A stretch of 62,731 bases of DNA, the filler included, from Sluysia triapertura (Eukaryota), in assembly GCA_046118255.1 (NCBI GenBank). It is 4 parts of 4 records of this genome, joined end to end, with 100 filler letters (N's around TTAATTAATTAA, not from the genome) between each part and the next. Parts side by side here need not be neighbours in the genome. Positions count along the whole stretch, not along the records: positions 1 to 15,775 come from JBJNIA010219469.1; 3 more parts are not named here. The stretch is one strand, 5' to 3'. Under the pieces are notes generated by a model. That model made no database searches. It worked only from the letters and a program-made list of their open reading frames with translations, and was not told where the DNA came from. This document shows, piece by piece, positions 1 to 11,600 of the stretch; positions within the stretch are counted from its first letter, which is position 1, and each line of letters starts with the position of its first letter. The position numbers and the translations under genes are program-made.

Positions 1-641
1 GTACAGAATTAATTTATTGTGTTATCAAGTAAACGTTAAAAATAACCAATCGATTTACTTAGACTTTAAGTTAAGTTCTAAAATTCCAAAACCTAGTAAT
101 ACGTCTCCAAATTTGGCATAAAACGTATATACTAGGCGAACTGACCTATCAGATAATTTGTTAAGTATAAGGAAATACTAGCAATAATAATGATAACGAT
201 AACGTAATTATTATACATTTTAGAATAATGATGATGATGTTGTGATAATTATGTACAATGATTATGTTTGTTTTTTGAATGAGTCAAGTAGTTTGTTTAA
301 TGTTCTGTGTATGTATGAGATATTTTTATGTGATGAAGCATTGATATTTTGATATGATTTCCCAACACTACATTATGAAATAAAATCTAAAAATGAATTT
401 ATACTGTTATAATAAATCATTAATTGAACTTTAATACGTTTTTTGAAAAATATAAATTAAATTTAAAATTACTCATAGAGAAATATACTGTTTCAAATTA
501 CCTTAACTCCTTGTTTAAATATACCTTAATTATATGTATTTAATTATTAATTTCCTTTACTTAATTTTACATCAATTATAAATATTTATTTTAATATTTT
601 AAATTTATTGCTTTCTTTTTGAAGAAAGGCTTTTTTTAATC

Positions 642-1844
642 ATGGGTGAAAATGACAAGAAAAGTGTTTTAAAAAATATTAGAAAGCAATTGGAATTTTA
701 TTTTAGTGAGGGTAATTTACCAAGAGATGATTTTATGCAACAATGTATGCGTAATTCACAATACAATTCACTTTCAATTGAAGATTTATTAAAATTTAAT
801 AGATTGAAAGAATTAGGTGCTACAAATAATTTAATAATAGAAGCTGTTAAAAAATCTAAAATACTTATTCTTGATGAGTCTAATACAGGAGTAAAACGAA
901 AAATTGATTTATGTAATCTAAAACATATTGATTCTAGAACTATCTATATTTGCGGTATCATGTCAGAAGAAGATTCTAATAATGATTATACATTAGTTAA
1001 TAAAAGAATAAAGAAGATATTTAATTCCTTTGGAAATGTAATAAGAATCGATTTACCAAAATATAATTCTACGAAAATGCTAAGAGGTTTTGGATTTGTT
1101 GAATTTATGACCAAAACTGCAGCAAGAGCAGCCCTTTCAGTGTATAAGCCTCATTTAGAAGAAGATAGAAAAGTGTCAGCTTGGAGTTATTTTTCATTTA
1201 AAAATACTCAATATTGTCAGTCACTGAAGCAATATTCGATGTTGTGTAATTCTAAAGAGAAATCATTTGTAGAAAAATTTTTAGGTGAAGGAAGGAAAAA
1301 CAAAATTTCTAATTTAGTTGCTATTTCAAAGAAAGAATGGTTAAAATTCAGATCAGAATTCTATGAGGCACAAAAGAAGCATTTAAATGAAATACGTGAT
1401 AAAATTTCAGCTTTGCAGAATAAAACAGAAAAAATGATTTGTAGTCACAAAAAGCATGAAAGATTACTAAACGATGAAAAAAATTCAGAAGAAATGAATA
1501 ACGCAAAGGATACAAAAGAAATCTCATATACTGGTAATATTGTTTATATATTATTATCAAATAATAGTACAAAAAAGAACTTAAAAGACAAAATAGGAAA
1601 CTATAGAAATATTGTAATGTATATTGATTTTAAAAATTTGGAAAATGAAGGATTTATTCGATTTAATAATGCGAAAGACGCAGAAACTTTTGTGAATAGT
1701 TTTGACGATGATGTATATTTTACAGAATTACGAATTTTAAGTGAAACTGAAGAGAATGAATATCAACAAAGAATTGAAGATGACAAACTTATGCGCAGAG
1801 AAAATCAGAAACGTAAAAAAGAACGAAAAAAATTAAAATTGTAA
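642..1844 (+). CDS. LARP7: La-related protein 7 (La motif, RRM1, C-terminal xRRM); single exon
   Basis: La motif QLEFYFSEGNLPRDDF; RRM LPKYNSTKMLRGFGFVEF; LARP7-type helix LVAISKKEWLKFRSEFYEAQK; xRRM VMYIDF...EGFIRF...ILSETEENEYQQRI; AATAAA just after the stop. Confidence 0.88.
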   Translation: MGENDKKSVLKNIRKQLEFYFSEGNLPRDDFMQQCMRNSQYNSLSIEDLLKFNRLKELGATNNLIIEAVKKSKILILDESNTGVKRKIDLCNLKHIDSRTIYICGIMSEEDSNNDYTLVNKRIKKIFNSFGNVIRIDLPKYNSTKMLRGFGFVEFMTKTAARAALSVYKPHLEEDRKVSAWSYFSFKNTQYCQSLKQYSMLCNSKEKSFVEKFLGEGRKNKISNLVAISKKEWLKFRSEFYEAQKKHLNEIRDKISALQNKTEKMICSHKKHERLLNDEKNSEEMNNAKDTKEISYTGNIVYILLSNNSTKKNLKDKIGNYRNIVMYIDFKNLENEGFIRFNNAKDAETFVNSFDDDVYFTELRILSETEENEYQQRIEDDKLMRRENQKRKKERKKLKL

Positions 1845-3212
1845 ATAAAAATACTATTTAATTATATTTTTGTAGAATATCTTTTAAAATCTACTGTTTA
1901 TTTAAATTTTGAATAATAAACTTTTTCAATATAAACATTTAATATAAATTATGCATAAATGGTAACTAATAGGTATAATAATTTAGGATTGAGATTCAAT
2001 AGATAACAATTGATAAAATATCCAATAACTTCATGGATTCTGAATATTTTTCAATTAAAAGGAATGTTGAATTTTTACAAGCAAATCAGAATAGTTTGCT
2101 CCGATTTATTATCTCATTCTATTTAGAGGATGTGTTTCTAATTGGCTTTATTGTAAAAGCTTTTCAAAAAGGTTAATTAAACCAACTTAATTAAGAACAC
2201 AATGTCGAGTTATTTTAAATTATTCTAGATTTATTCTAGATCTAGTTTTGTGCGCAACATGATATTAGGTGTGAGTTTATTTATGTCCAATAAAGTATGG
2301 TCACAACAGTGTTAAAAATTCAATATGTTAGGACAATTATAATTTACGTGAAATTGATTTTCAAAACTAATACAAAATTTCGGAAAATAGAACTTTAGAT
2401 CCCTATATTTAACAAAAAATCTAAAATAAAATTTGGTTTCACATTAGTACACGTAAAAATTACACTATAATGCATATAATAGTAATAGTAACAGGTCACG
2501 ACGGCCTGAACAGCACCGCACTTGAATTGTCCGCGTAGCTCTGTAATTTAACTGGTTCCGCAAAACATTCGATTTGGTCAATAGTTTGCACTTTATTAAA
2601 TTAGAAATACATTTGGATAGTTTATAATAAAATGATTAAACTTAATAAGCAACAAATTGTTAATTTTACAATTTTTATTTATGAGTTTTAGTACAAAATT
2701 ACTTTTAAGAATCATTAAATATGACAAAGACTTTTATATTATAACTATAGCGTTTAGTAAATACACAAGGGAGGATAAAATCAGAAGAAAAGGGTGAATT
2801 AAAAACATAAAGAGAAAATTGATGATAAAATTTGCTAACTTCATTGCACAAACTTTGATTGTAATACATAAAGGAACAAATATTGTTAACAGATCTGAAC
2901 ATTGAAATTCTGATATATATATATATATATAAGTGATGTAATTTGATTAGGAGTTAGATGAACACCAAAAAGGATGTGATATATTTATATTCAGGAGTTT
3001 TACACTCAATTGGCACTTTTTATTAAAATATGAGCAAACTCAAATAATTACGATGTAATTGACTTATCCTTGTGATATTGTATGTATTTCGTCAGGAAAG
3101 CATTGCAGCTTCATATTGATTTCTAGAATACAATTTAGTGATATATTAAACCCATTTAGCATGCCCAAACAGTAAACTTGATGAAATATTTCATGTCTTT
3201 CTAATGAATCAT

Positions 3213-3257
3213 AAAATGGACTGACCGGAGATCGAAACCGGGACCTCTCGCTGCGCA
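3213..3257 (-). repeat. 3' half of a tRNA-Ala-like unit, related to the tRNA-LTR element at 12706-13081
   Basis: Minus strand reads TGCGCAGCGAGAGGTCCCGGTTTCGATCTCCGGTCAGTCCATTTT, sharing TGCGCA, a B-box-like motif and CCGGTCAGTCCATTTT with both LTRs. Confidence 0.7.
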
Positions 3258-3801
3258 TTTCGATGAATTGAATTGAAAACAAAAGCGAGTACGTACATTA
3301 ATAGGATACGTAATCATATTTATATGGTATAATAAATATAAATAAAGGGTCATATTTATATAAAAAGTAGTTAATGTAATAAGGCTAATACTGATTGTCC
3401 ATTTAAGAAGTTGTTCGTGCTGTTGCTGCCACTTGTGCTGTTGGTGATAAAGAACATGTTAATAATTGTTGTTAATAATAATGGGGCCACTAGTATACCA
3501 CTAATAAGACAGAAAAAACAAAGAAAGATATTAAATCACAATCACACCAATGATAAATCGCAGACATACAATTAAGTGGGTGAAATAAAGAAATGAGAAT
3601 GTAGGAAAATAAAGAAGGGAAAAGGATAAAAAAGAATAGAAGAAATAAATAAAAACTATTAAATGCAAAATGAAAAGAAGAAGGAAATGAAAGTGAAAAT
3701 GTGAAAGAGAATATCAGTTGTTGTATAACAGATTGAGTATTTCCAAGAACCAAAATATTAAAGATTAAAAGCCCCCAAGATAGAGGATAAACAAACGCAT
3801 T

Positions 3802-4100
3802 TGTAGTGGCCAACCTTTAATTTAAAATCCAAATTAATTTTCTTTATTCGCAATAGCACATGTATTGACATTTAATATTTTTTTACCTACTCATATTATT
3901 GGAACCTTTTTACACTTTAAAACATTTAAATTCACAATCTTTCAATATCCAAACTATACATACATTCAAATGCCATCAATATACATTTAAAAATTCGTTT
4001 TAAACATCTTATTAATTATCTCATAACATTAGAACCACAATTTACATCTTAAATTATCATTGAAAACGTGAAAATTAATTCAAAACATTTTCACTTGTTT
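3802..4100 (+). repeat. Dispersed repeat starting TGTAGTGGCCAAC, followed by A/C-skewed sequence (other starts at 5506, 47707, 51087); possible LTR/TIR end
   Basis: Four near-identical TGT(A/G)G(T/C)GGCCAAC starts on two contigs; right boundary is approximate. Confidence 0.45.
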
Positions 4101-4248
4101 TTATGTAAAGAAATGGAATAAACAAAAGAAAGATCATGTAGATAGAGCAAGGAATTCATGCATTTTAAATTTAATATTATCATTTATTATTATTTTGTTA
4201 CATATTTCGTTTTCATTTTACATCATCATCGTTATTATTATTATTTAA

Positions 4249-4249
<1 letters not shown>

Positions 4250-4302
<53 letters not shown>
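4250..4302. repeat. (ATT)n microsatellite; similar tracts at about 6412-6457, 43029-43083, 43997-44060 and 62661-62731
   Basis: Direct reading. Confidence 0.95.
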
Positions 4303-4303
<1 letters not shown>

Positions 4304-6410
4304 ACCATTATTTATGAAATCACCATTATCAATAATTTATCATCACCTCTATAGCCACTTAATTCTCATTTTATTAAAAGCAACTCAATTAAAATCAGTC
4401 CACATCACTTAGTAACTGTCGGCAAATATAAGTTACTTAATACATAATTAATACTTAGCATTTGGCACACATACAAGCATATAGGCTTGCAACATTATAT
4501 ATGTAATACAGTAGTTGATTGGACAAGTCTTTCTCAGCATTATAATTCTACTTACCGTGATTGGACGCCCAATCAACATTAACATCTTAACATAGAATAC
4601 TAAAAATTAAAAAAAGGTTCTAACAAAATTTTATTGGTTATTAGAATTGTAACATTTCTCTTACACGAGTCAGAGGCAACATAATTAGGTAACATTAAAA
4701 AATAACTAGTTAAAAAATAATTATTGTTAAAAATTGAGTTATTCGTTAAACAACGTAATTATTCAATTTTAAAAGTATAACGTCCACGCTAAAAATTAAT
4801 AAAACTTCAATATTAATTTTCTTTTGGCAATTAGGTATCAAAATTTAATTTATGTAGCGTTGAAAATCGAAAAGGAAGATATGAGAGATTCATGAAAAGT
4901 AATTTCAGTGATTTGGAAAAATCGACTAGTTCAGTGCGAGGTCGTAATAGAGTTTATATTAACGTACAAAGTGAAAGGCCTATTGAACGAAAAGCAGATG
5001 CATTTGAGATTATATCAAGACATTAATTATCTAGATAATGAAGTGATAGGAAAAGAATGTACAACTGTTCGTCATGAAACTTTGTTTGATTCAAATCGTT
5101 CATTCTTTAAGATGATGGCATTAGTTGAAACCATATATTATTCTCCAAATAGTTAAGTTGGATACTTATGCACACAATATTTTTATCAACCAGTAACAGA
5201 TAGAAGACTTATATACAGTAATGATATACTATTAGATGAGAAAAATAGTAATAATAATTGTAAGGAGGACAATGGATCTGTATATATATCAATTACAAGT
5301 ACAAATTCGGTTAAGAAAAGGAGAAAATTTTAATGATGGAACAATTAAATATGCGGAGAGTCTGCAACAAAGTCATTCTAACAAACGATTCAAGAATAAT
5401 TGAAAATATACCATTTATGAAACTATATCGTATCATTCTTACGATGAAATTACGAATAAATTTATCAATATTAGTATTATATATTTCCCAATAACCATTC
5501 CTGGATGTGGTGGCCAACATATTACTTTTAAAAGATTTTATTAAAACATTTTCTTTTGAACATTACTAAACCACATACATTTTCAAAATATACAATATAC
5601 ATTTTAAAATTCATTAAAACATTTTATACATAGTTCCATGTCAATATAATCAAAATCATACATTTCAACATCACACTCACCCTCAAAATCTACAACTCAC
5701 ATTGTTAAATTCACAGTTCACTACTAACATAACTAAAAGCATATCCTTTTCAACATCACATAACCTTTTAGAATTTGTCAAAACCGTTTCTATATCTTAT
5801 TTCTTTTCAGATTCATTAAAATCAATTTCCATTTATCAAAAAATTTTAAGTTCACAATCTCATAACATTCAAAGCATCAATGTATATTTAAACAATTCAT
5901 CTAACATTTAACAATTCAATTTCAACCAAATCCGAAATTAACTACTAGACATTTACAAATCAATTCAAACATTCCAAATTCTTAATTATTTATCATTTTA
6001 TCCCTAACATCTCAGAAAGATAATATTACTTAAAATTTAAAGAAAATAAATCACATTTTCAACATTGTACAACCACGTCTTCAACGTACCAAAAGCTAAA
6101 CTATAACTTATCTCTTTTTCATACACTAAACTACACTCTTTTAATGCATTTTAAAGTCACATTTGCAAACAGCTAAACATTATTTCATTCACATCATCAA
6201 TGTATATTTAAAATCCAAGTAAAATATTTATATCATTTCAAAATACTTAAATCGTAAGTTTCTACATCATTACATTTAACCTTCAAACATCATTAAAGAT
6301 ATTTAACTATTTTTAAGTAGATTCAAATATGTTAAGAAATATTAAAGAAATAAAGAAAGTTCATGTTAATTTTCAAGAATTATAAAGAATTTATGCGTTA
6401 ATAATAATAA

Positions 6411-6458
<48 letters not shown>

Positions 6459-7779
6459 CATTTTATTTTTATCACTGTTAAATTAAATTAAGTATTCAAT
6501 CTGTTGTGTTTTTGTTTTGTTTACTAATATCCCTCTTTAATAACTAAAAATCAAATAAAACTGAATCTCGATATATTCTCATATAACAATTACAAAAATC
6601 AAATCTTTTATATGACAAATATAATTCTATAAATCAACCTCTTTATATTACAATTATAGTTCTATAGATCAAACTTTTTAATTCTTTAAATCAAATTCTT
6701 TAATAAATTATTGTTCAAATTTTTAAAAAACGCAGGGGTTACACAACATAAATGCTGTTACCACAAATAAAAATAAAATGAATCCTAGCTCTCTACTAAA
6801 CACGTAAACTTATCTTTATTTTAGTATTATTACTGAAGAGAAAGATTCAATGAGTGTTATTCACAACTCAATTGAATCCAGCGTCCTTACAGCAAGAAGT
6901 TGTTTCAATAGTTCTGATTTTTGGGATATTGACTATTTTTTGTCGCTTGTTACTGTTATCGTTTTTCTATTTGTGTTTTGTTGCAAAAAGTTATCTCTTT
7001 ATATTGTATCTAGATAAGTGTCAGATAGTCGGGAATTTAATTTAATTATTTTACATGTCTACTACACATGCTATTGTCGTAGAGCCGGTTTTATGCCGAC
7101 CAATTACTAAGATGAATTTCAATATTAATTTCCAAGGAATTTTCGACTTTAGATTGCCCGACAGTTATCTGGAGATAATGAATTTTGTGAAGAACAAACC
7201 CATATCTCTTTCAAATACTCGAATCGCAATTTAATACCACAATTGGAATTATACAAACAAATATAAAATACATCATCCTAATTTACCCATATTTATAATC
7301 TAATATAAAATTTATTTTAATAACAATATTTTATATCACACATAAACACGTTAACGGTACGTCACACGTCAATCTCACTAGCGTATACTGACTTGTTTCT
7401 CTGCAAGCTTTAATCTGATATATACTTTATTAATGCTCAGTCATTGGAACGTATTTAATCTTTAATTTTAAATATTTTAAAATACTTTTAACAGGGTTCG
7501 ATTACAGTAAGCGTCTTACAACGTATCGTTGGCACTTCTGTAACTAATAAGTTAAAGATCACTTAAAAATAACGTTTCTGTCTAATAAACTAAATGAGGA
7601 GGGTCTTACAACTACTAAATAATTTAATTTCTAATTTAATAATTAAATAGAGCAAAAACTCTAATTCGTTTATTAAAAAGAATATAAAAAAGCTAAAAAA
7701 CTTAGAATAGTAAATTATGAGTTTAGATGAAATAATCAATTTTAAAGATTAAAGCTCCAAGAAGTTTAAGTAGAGTTTA

Positions 7780-8243
7780 CCCCTCAATATATCGGGGACT
7801 TAAAAATTTTATAAATCAATGTAAAATTTAAGTTGATTTTATAAATATATAATTCACCAAAATCTGATAGAAATTCCACAATTGATTGCCGGATATCTGG
7901 TAATTGTGACGCTTACTAATTTCACAATAATCCTGAATGGCGATTTTTATTGTAAGATGCTAGTTTATATACTAGTCATCATCCAATGATAATCAATGGA
8001 ATGTTCCAAAATATTCTAGAACATTCTAGAAGCTTCTGATCTATTATTAGAAGCGTATTTTCTACTTTATAAATTTTATTTTCTTTTTTGGAAAATAATT
8101 GTTTTATAAGTAATTTTAAAAATTAATAACTGATTTTAAGATGTTTTATGGTTTTAATTAATTTTTTGATAATTTTAAATATTTTGAATTAATTTTAAGG
8201 TGTCATTTTAACATTTTAAAGTTATTTTATAGGGTTTGTCACC
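7780..8243 (-). mobile_element. Solo-LTR-like repeat, copy 1, with heat-shock element
   Basis: Shares CCCTCAATATATCGGGGA and a ~100-bp TATA/CCAAT/HSE block with 10239-10774; left boundary approximate. Confidence 0.6.
7998..8037. promoter_or_regulatory. Heat-shock element, 7 of 8 nGAAn/nTTCn units
   Basis: gGAAt gTTCc aAAAt aTTCt aGAAc aTTCt aGAAg cTTCt; minus-strand TATATAAA at 7964-7971. Confidence 0.75.
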
Positions 8244-8669
8244 TTTATTACAAATATTATTAATAATTATTATTAATTACAATATTAATATTATTATAAA
8301 TATTATTATTAATTACATTTTTAACTATTTGTATAAAATTTTTAATTTTATAAAAAAATTTTTTAATTTTGTAAAAAATTTGTATTAATTTTTTAATTTT
8401 ATTTTTCTAAAATTATTTTTATTAATTTAATTTTCATTATTAAATTAATTTTTTATTTAATTTTTATTAATTTAATTCTTGATCAAGACATGACCAAAGA
8501 CCAGTCCTTGTAATTTAACATAATACGAATAGGTTTTCAAACAAATCTTTTGTATACCCTAACTTTGCTTTTTATATTAAATTGTAATATTAATTTATTA
8601 TACTATTATTTTTATATTTAGTTGCTATTTATGTAACTATATAGTTATTTTATATCATATAGAAATCAC

Positions 8670-11600
8670 TTTTTTCATATTGATACCGGCATTAACGTGA
8701 CCATTGGCATGTAAATGCCTTAGCTCTGTTACTGTTTCAATAGGATTTAAACCTGCATTCTCTGATAAAGTATAAGATATAATGTCCATAGCAGCCGCAA
8801 ATGACCTAAAGCAGTATTGGTGTTCTCCAGAAATTGAATTCGAATACAAAGCCATTTTTTGAGCTACTTCAATTTCAGGTGCACCACCTCCAGCAATTAA
8901 GGCTCTGAAATTATATATTATGTTAAAACAAATTAAATAAAAATATCTTATACTTTTTCTTTACTAAGCATCTAATAACGCATAGAGCGTCATGTAGTGA
9001 ACGTTCAGCTTCATCTAATACCAATTTGTTTGATCCTCTTAACAATATTGATACAGTTTTGTATTGATGTTTAATACCAGTAACGTGTACAATTTTCGAA
9101 GCACCTGCTTGAATTTCTTCAACATGCGTTGCACTACCTAGACAATCAGCAGTAAAATTTTCAATATTTGCAATTGGTTTACATCCTATAGTCTAATAAT
9201 AATATTTCAAATATAATTTTATTTATGCAATTATGTAGTAACTATTGTAAGTAAAATAAAATAATGAAAAATTAAAATAGTACTTTACAAATGAATTCTG
9301 TTTTTTCTTTTGGAATAGATTTAACAACCATTATATTAACTTTACCAAAGAAATGTAAAGCTAAATCATTTACTGAATCACGTAATACGTTTTTTTGTAC
9401 TAGTAAAACATTGCAACCAGTATTTTTAATTTTTTTGACAATATCAAGTATATATTTGCGTTCGTCTTTTAACACTCGATCCATTTGTGTGTAGTCAGAT
9501 ACAACAACACTTTGATCCATCTAAAGGGAAAATGTTTTGGTGATATTTAAAATAAAAACTATTTAAGATCTATAGTTATAAGTCATGTAAAATAAAAAGG
9601 GTCCATTTTGACAATAAACACATTAATTTAAGAAATAAGCAAGAAAACTAAAATATTTGTTCATAAAATATTTCGATAAGAGCCTGATATTTTGACTCAC
9701 TCTGGCATGCAGTTAGACATAAATAAAGCATAAACAATGTAAAATCCTTAATCATTAAATTAAGTCAATAAATTAATTAATATTCTTAAAAATATTACGC
9801 ATTTGCGATAATTTAGATTAAATTATCGATTAATAAATAATAAATTATAACTGTGAAGAAAATTCGACATAATTATGTCATAAAATTATCAGAATTTTAA
9901 ATAGTATTATTTTTAGTATATAATAAATAATTTATATAAACTATCTCTTATGAACTTCTGTGGTTTCTCTAACATTTAACCTACGGCAAAATATTTTTTA
10001 GCAGGGTATAGTAGGCAAATAATTATCAATGTACACTTTGTCTTTGATCATAAAAATTAAATTCTTAATATTACAAAAAAAGTTCTAAATCTGATGAATT
10101 TATTGAATTCCTTACTTAAGCATAATAATGAAACTACAAATTCAAAACATGTTTATTAAGAAATTACGAAATTTAAAATGTACAAATTTTTATAGGGTAA
10201 AGTATAGAAATGAAGAGAAAAAAAATAAAATAAAATTTTGCAATAAAAACCTTGAGTCTTTAATTGTTTTTTATAAAATAAATTAAGTATATTTTAACCC
10301 TCAATATATCGGGGAACTTATTATATTTTCAAAAAATTAAATCTGAGTGTCTTTTATGATAATAATTCTTGACAATTAGTATCGCCTTAATAAAAAATAA
10401 CTTACGCTAAGCAAGGATTGAAATAGTGAATAACATTGCCACAATTATTAAAATATGATGTATTATCTAAACCAGTATTGATTATTGAAAAAACAACAAA
10501 ATCAAAAATTACGTTGAAATCAAGATGGCGACTAATAAATAATGGTTGTAAATTGTGTCTTTATGATTGTACTGATGCTAGTTTATATACTAGTCATCAT
10601 CCAATAGGAATTGATGGAATGTTCCAGAATATTCTAGAACATTCTGGAAGCTTCTATTCTATATTTAGAAGCGAATTTCCCTTTTTCGAAAATAAAGTTA
10701 TTTTCAAAGATTTTTAAATGATATTAGAGTGTTAAAATGGAATTTTTAAATGATTTTAGAGGGTTGTGATGACAAACTAACAGAACTAAAAAGATATAAA
10801 GAAGTACAAAGATATCGCTGAAACAAGTTTTGTTTTATCAAGATTTGTTTTAAAAAGTAAATTAAATTAACATTATCTATATTATTAATTAAAAAATTAA
10901 TCCACAAAATTAAACATCAATTTTCTTGACAATTCATGATAAAAACAAGTTAGAGAATGAAAAAGAAACAATAAATAACTAAAATTAGGCTTTTTTGGAG
11001 CACTATGAACATCTTCGTCTAGAATTATTTCGATATTGTACTTATACATTTGAAAACCAAATGACTTCAACATTAGAAAATAAATTATAAACGAACTTCT
11101 GCTTTCGGTGGTGCTACACAAAATTGAATAAATCCAATTTTAGCATTATCAACTGAAAATATATTACAAAGACTTTCAACGCGACGATCAATCAAAAGAC
11201 CATCAACAAGTTCAGTGTCTTCTACAGTGCCACCAATTTTATTAACAATATTAATATCTTCCAAATGAACACAATTTGGTAAATAATCATCTCGGATACG
11301 TAACACAGCATCAACTGCAATCGGTGATAAAACCGAAGAATATTGTGACACTACTTTCGAATTAAGTGATGTTGATGCTATTTTCAATAAATTTGCACGA
11401 TCCTAAACAATATAAATAAAATTAGTATCGATAATTGTGAATATAAATATAAAATAGATTTAGAAATATAATTTTATTAATAAGGGAAGTTTCCAAACTT
11501 GGTATACAAGTAAAGTATCAAAACTATGAAAAGTGATACATTACATTTTTCATCAGATTTAATTTTAACTGAGTTACAGCTACCAAAAATTCAAAAAAAT

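Noticed and set aside
8474-8560. TTAG-GIQKICLK... as the last CCT4 exon
   Set aside because: No similarity to the conserved chaperonin C-terminus
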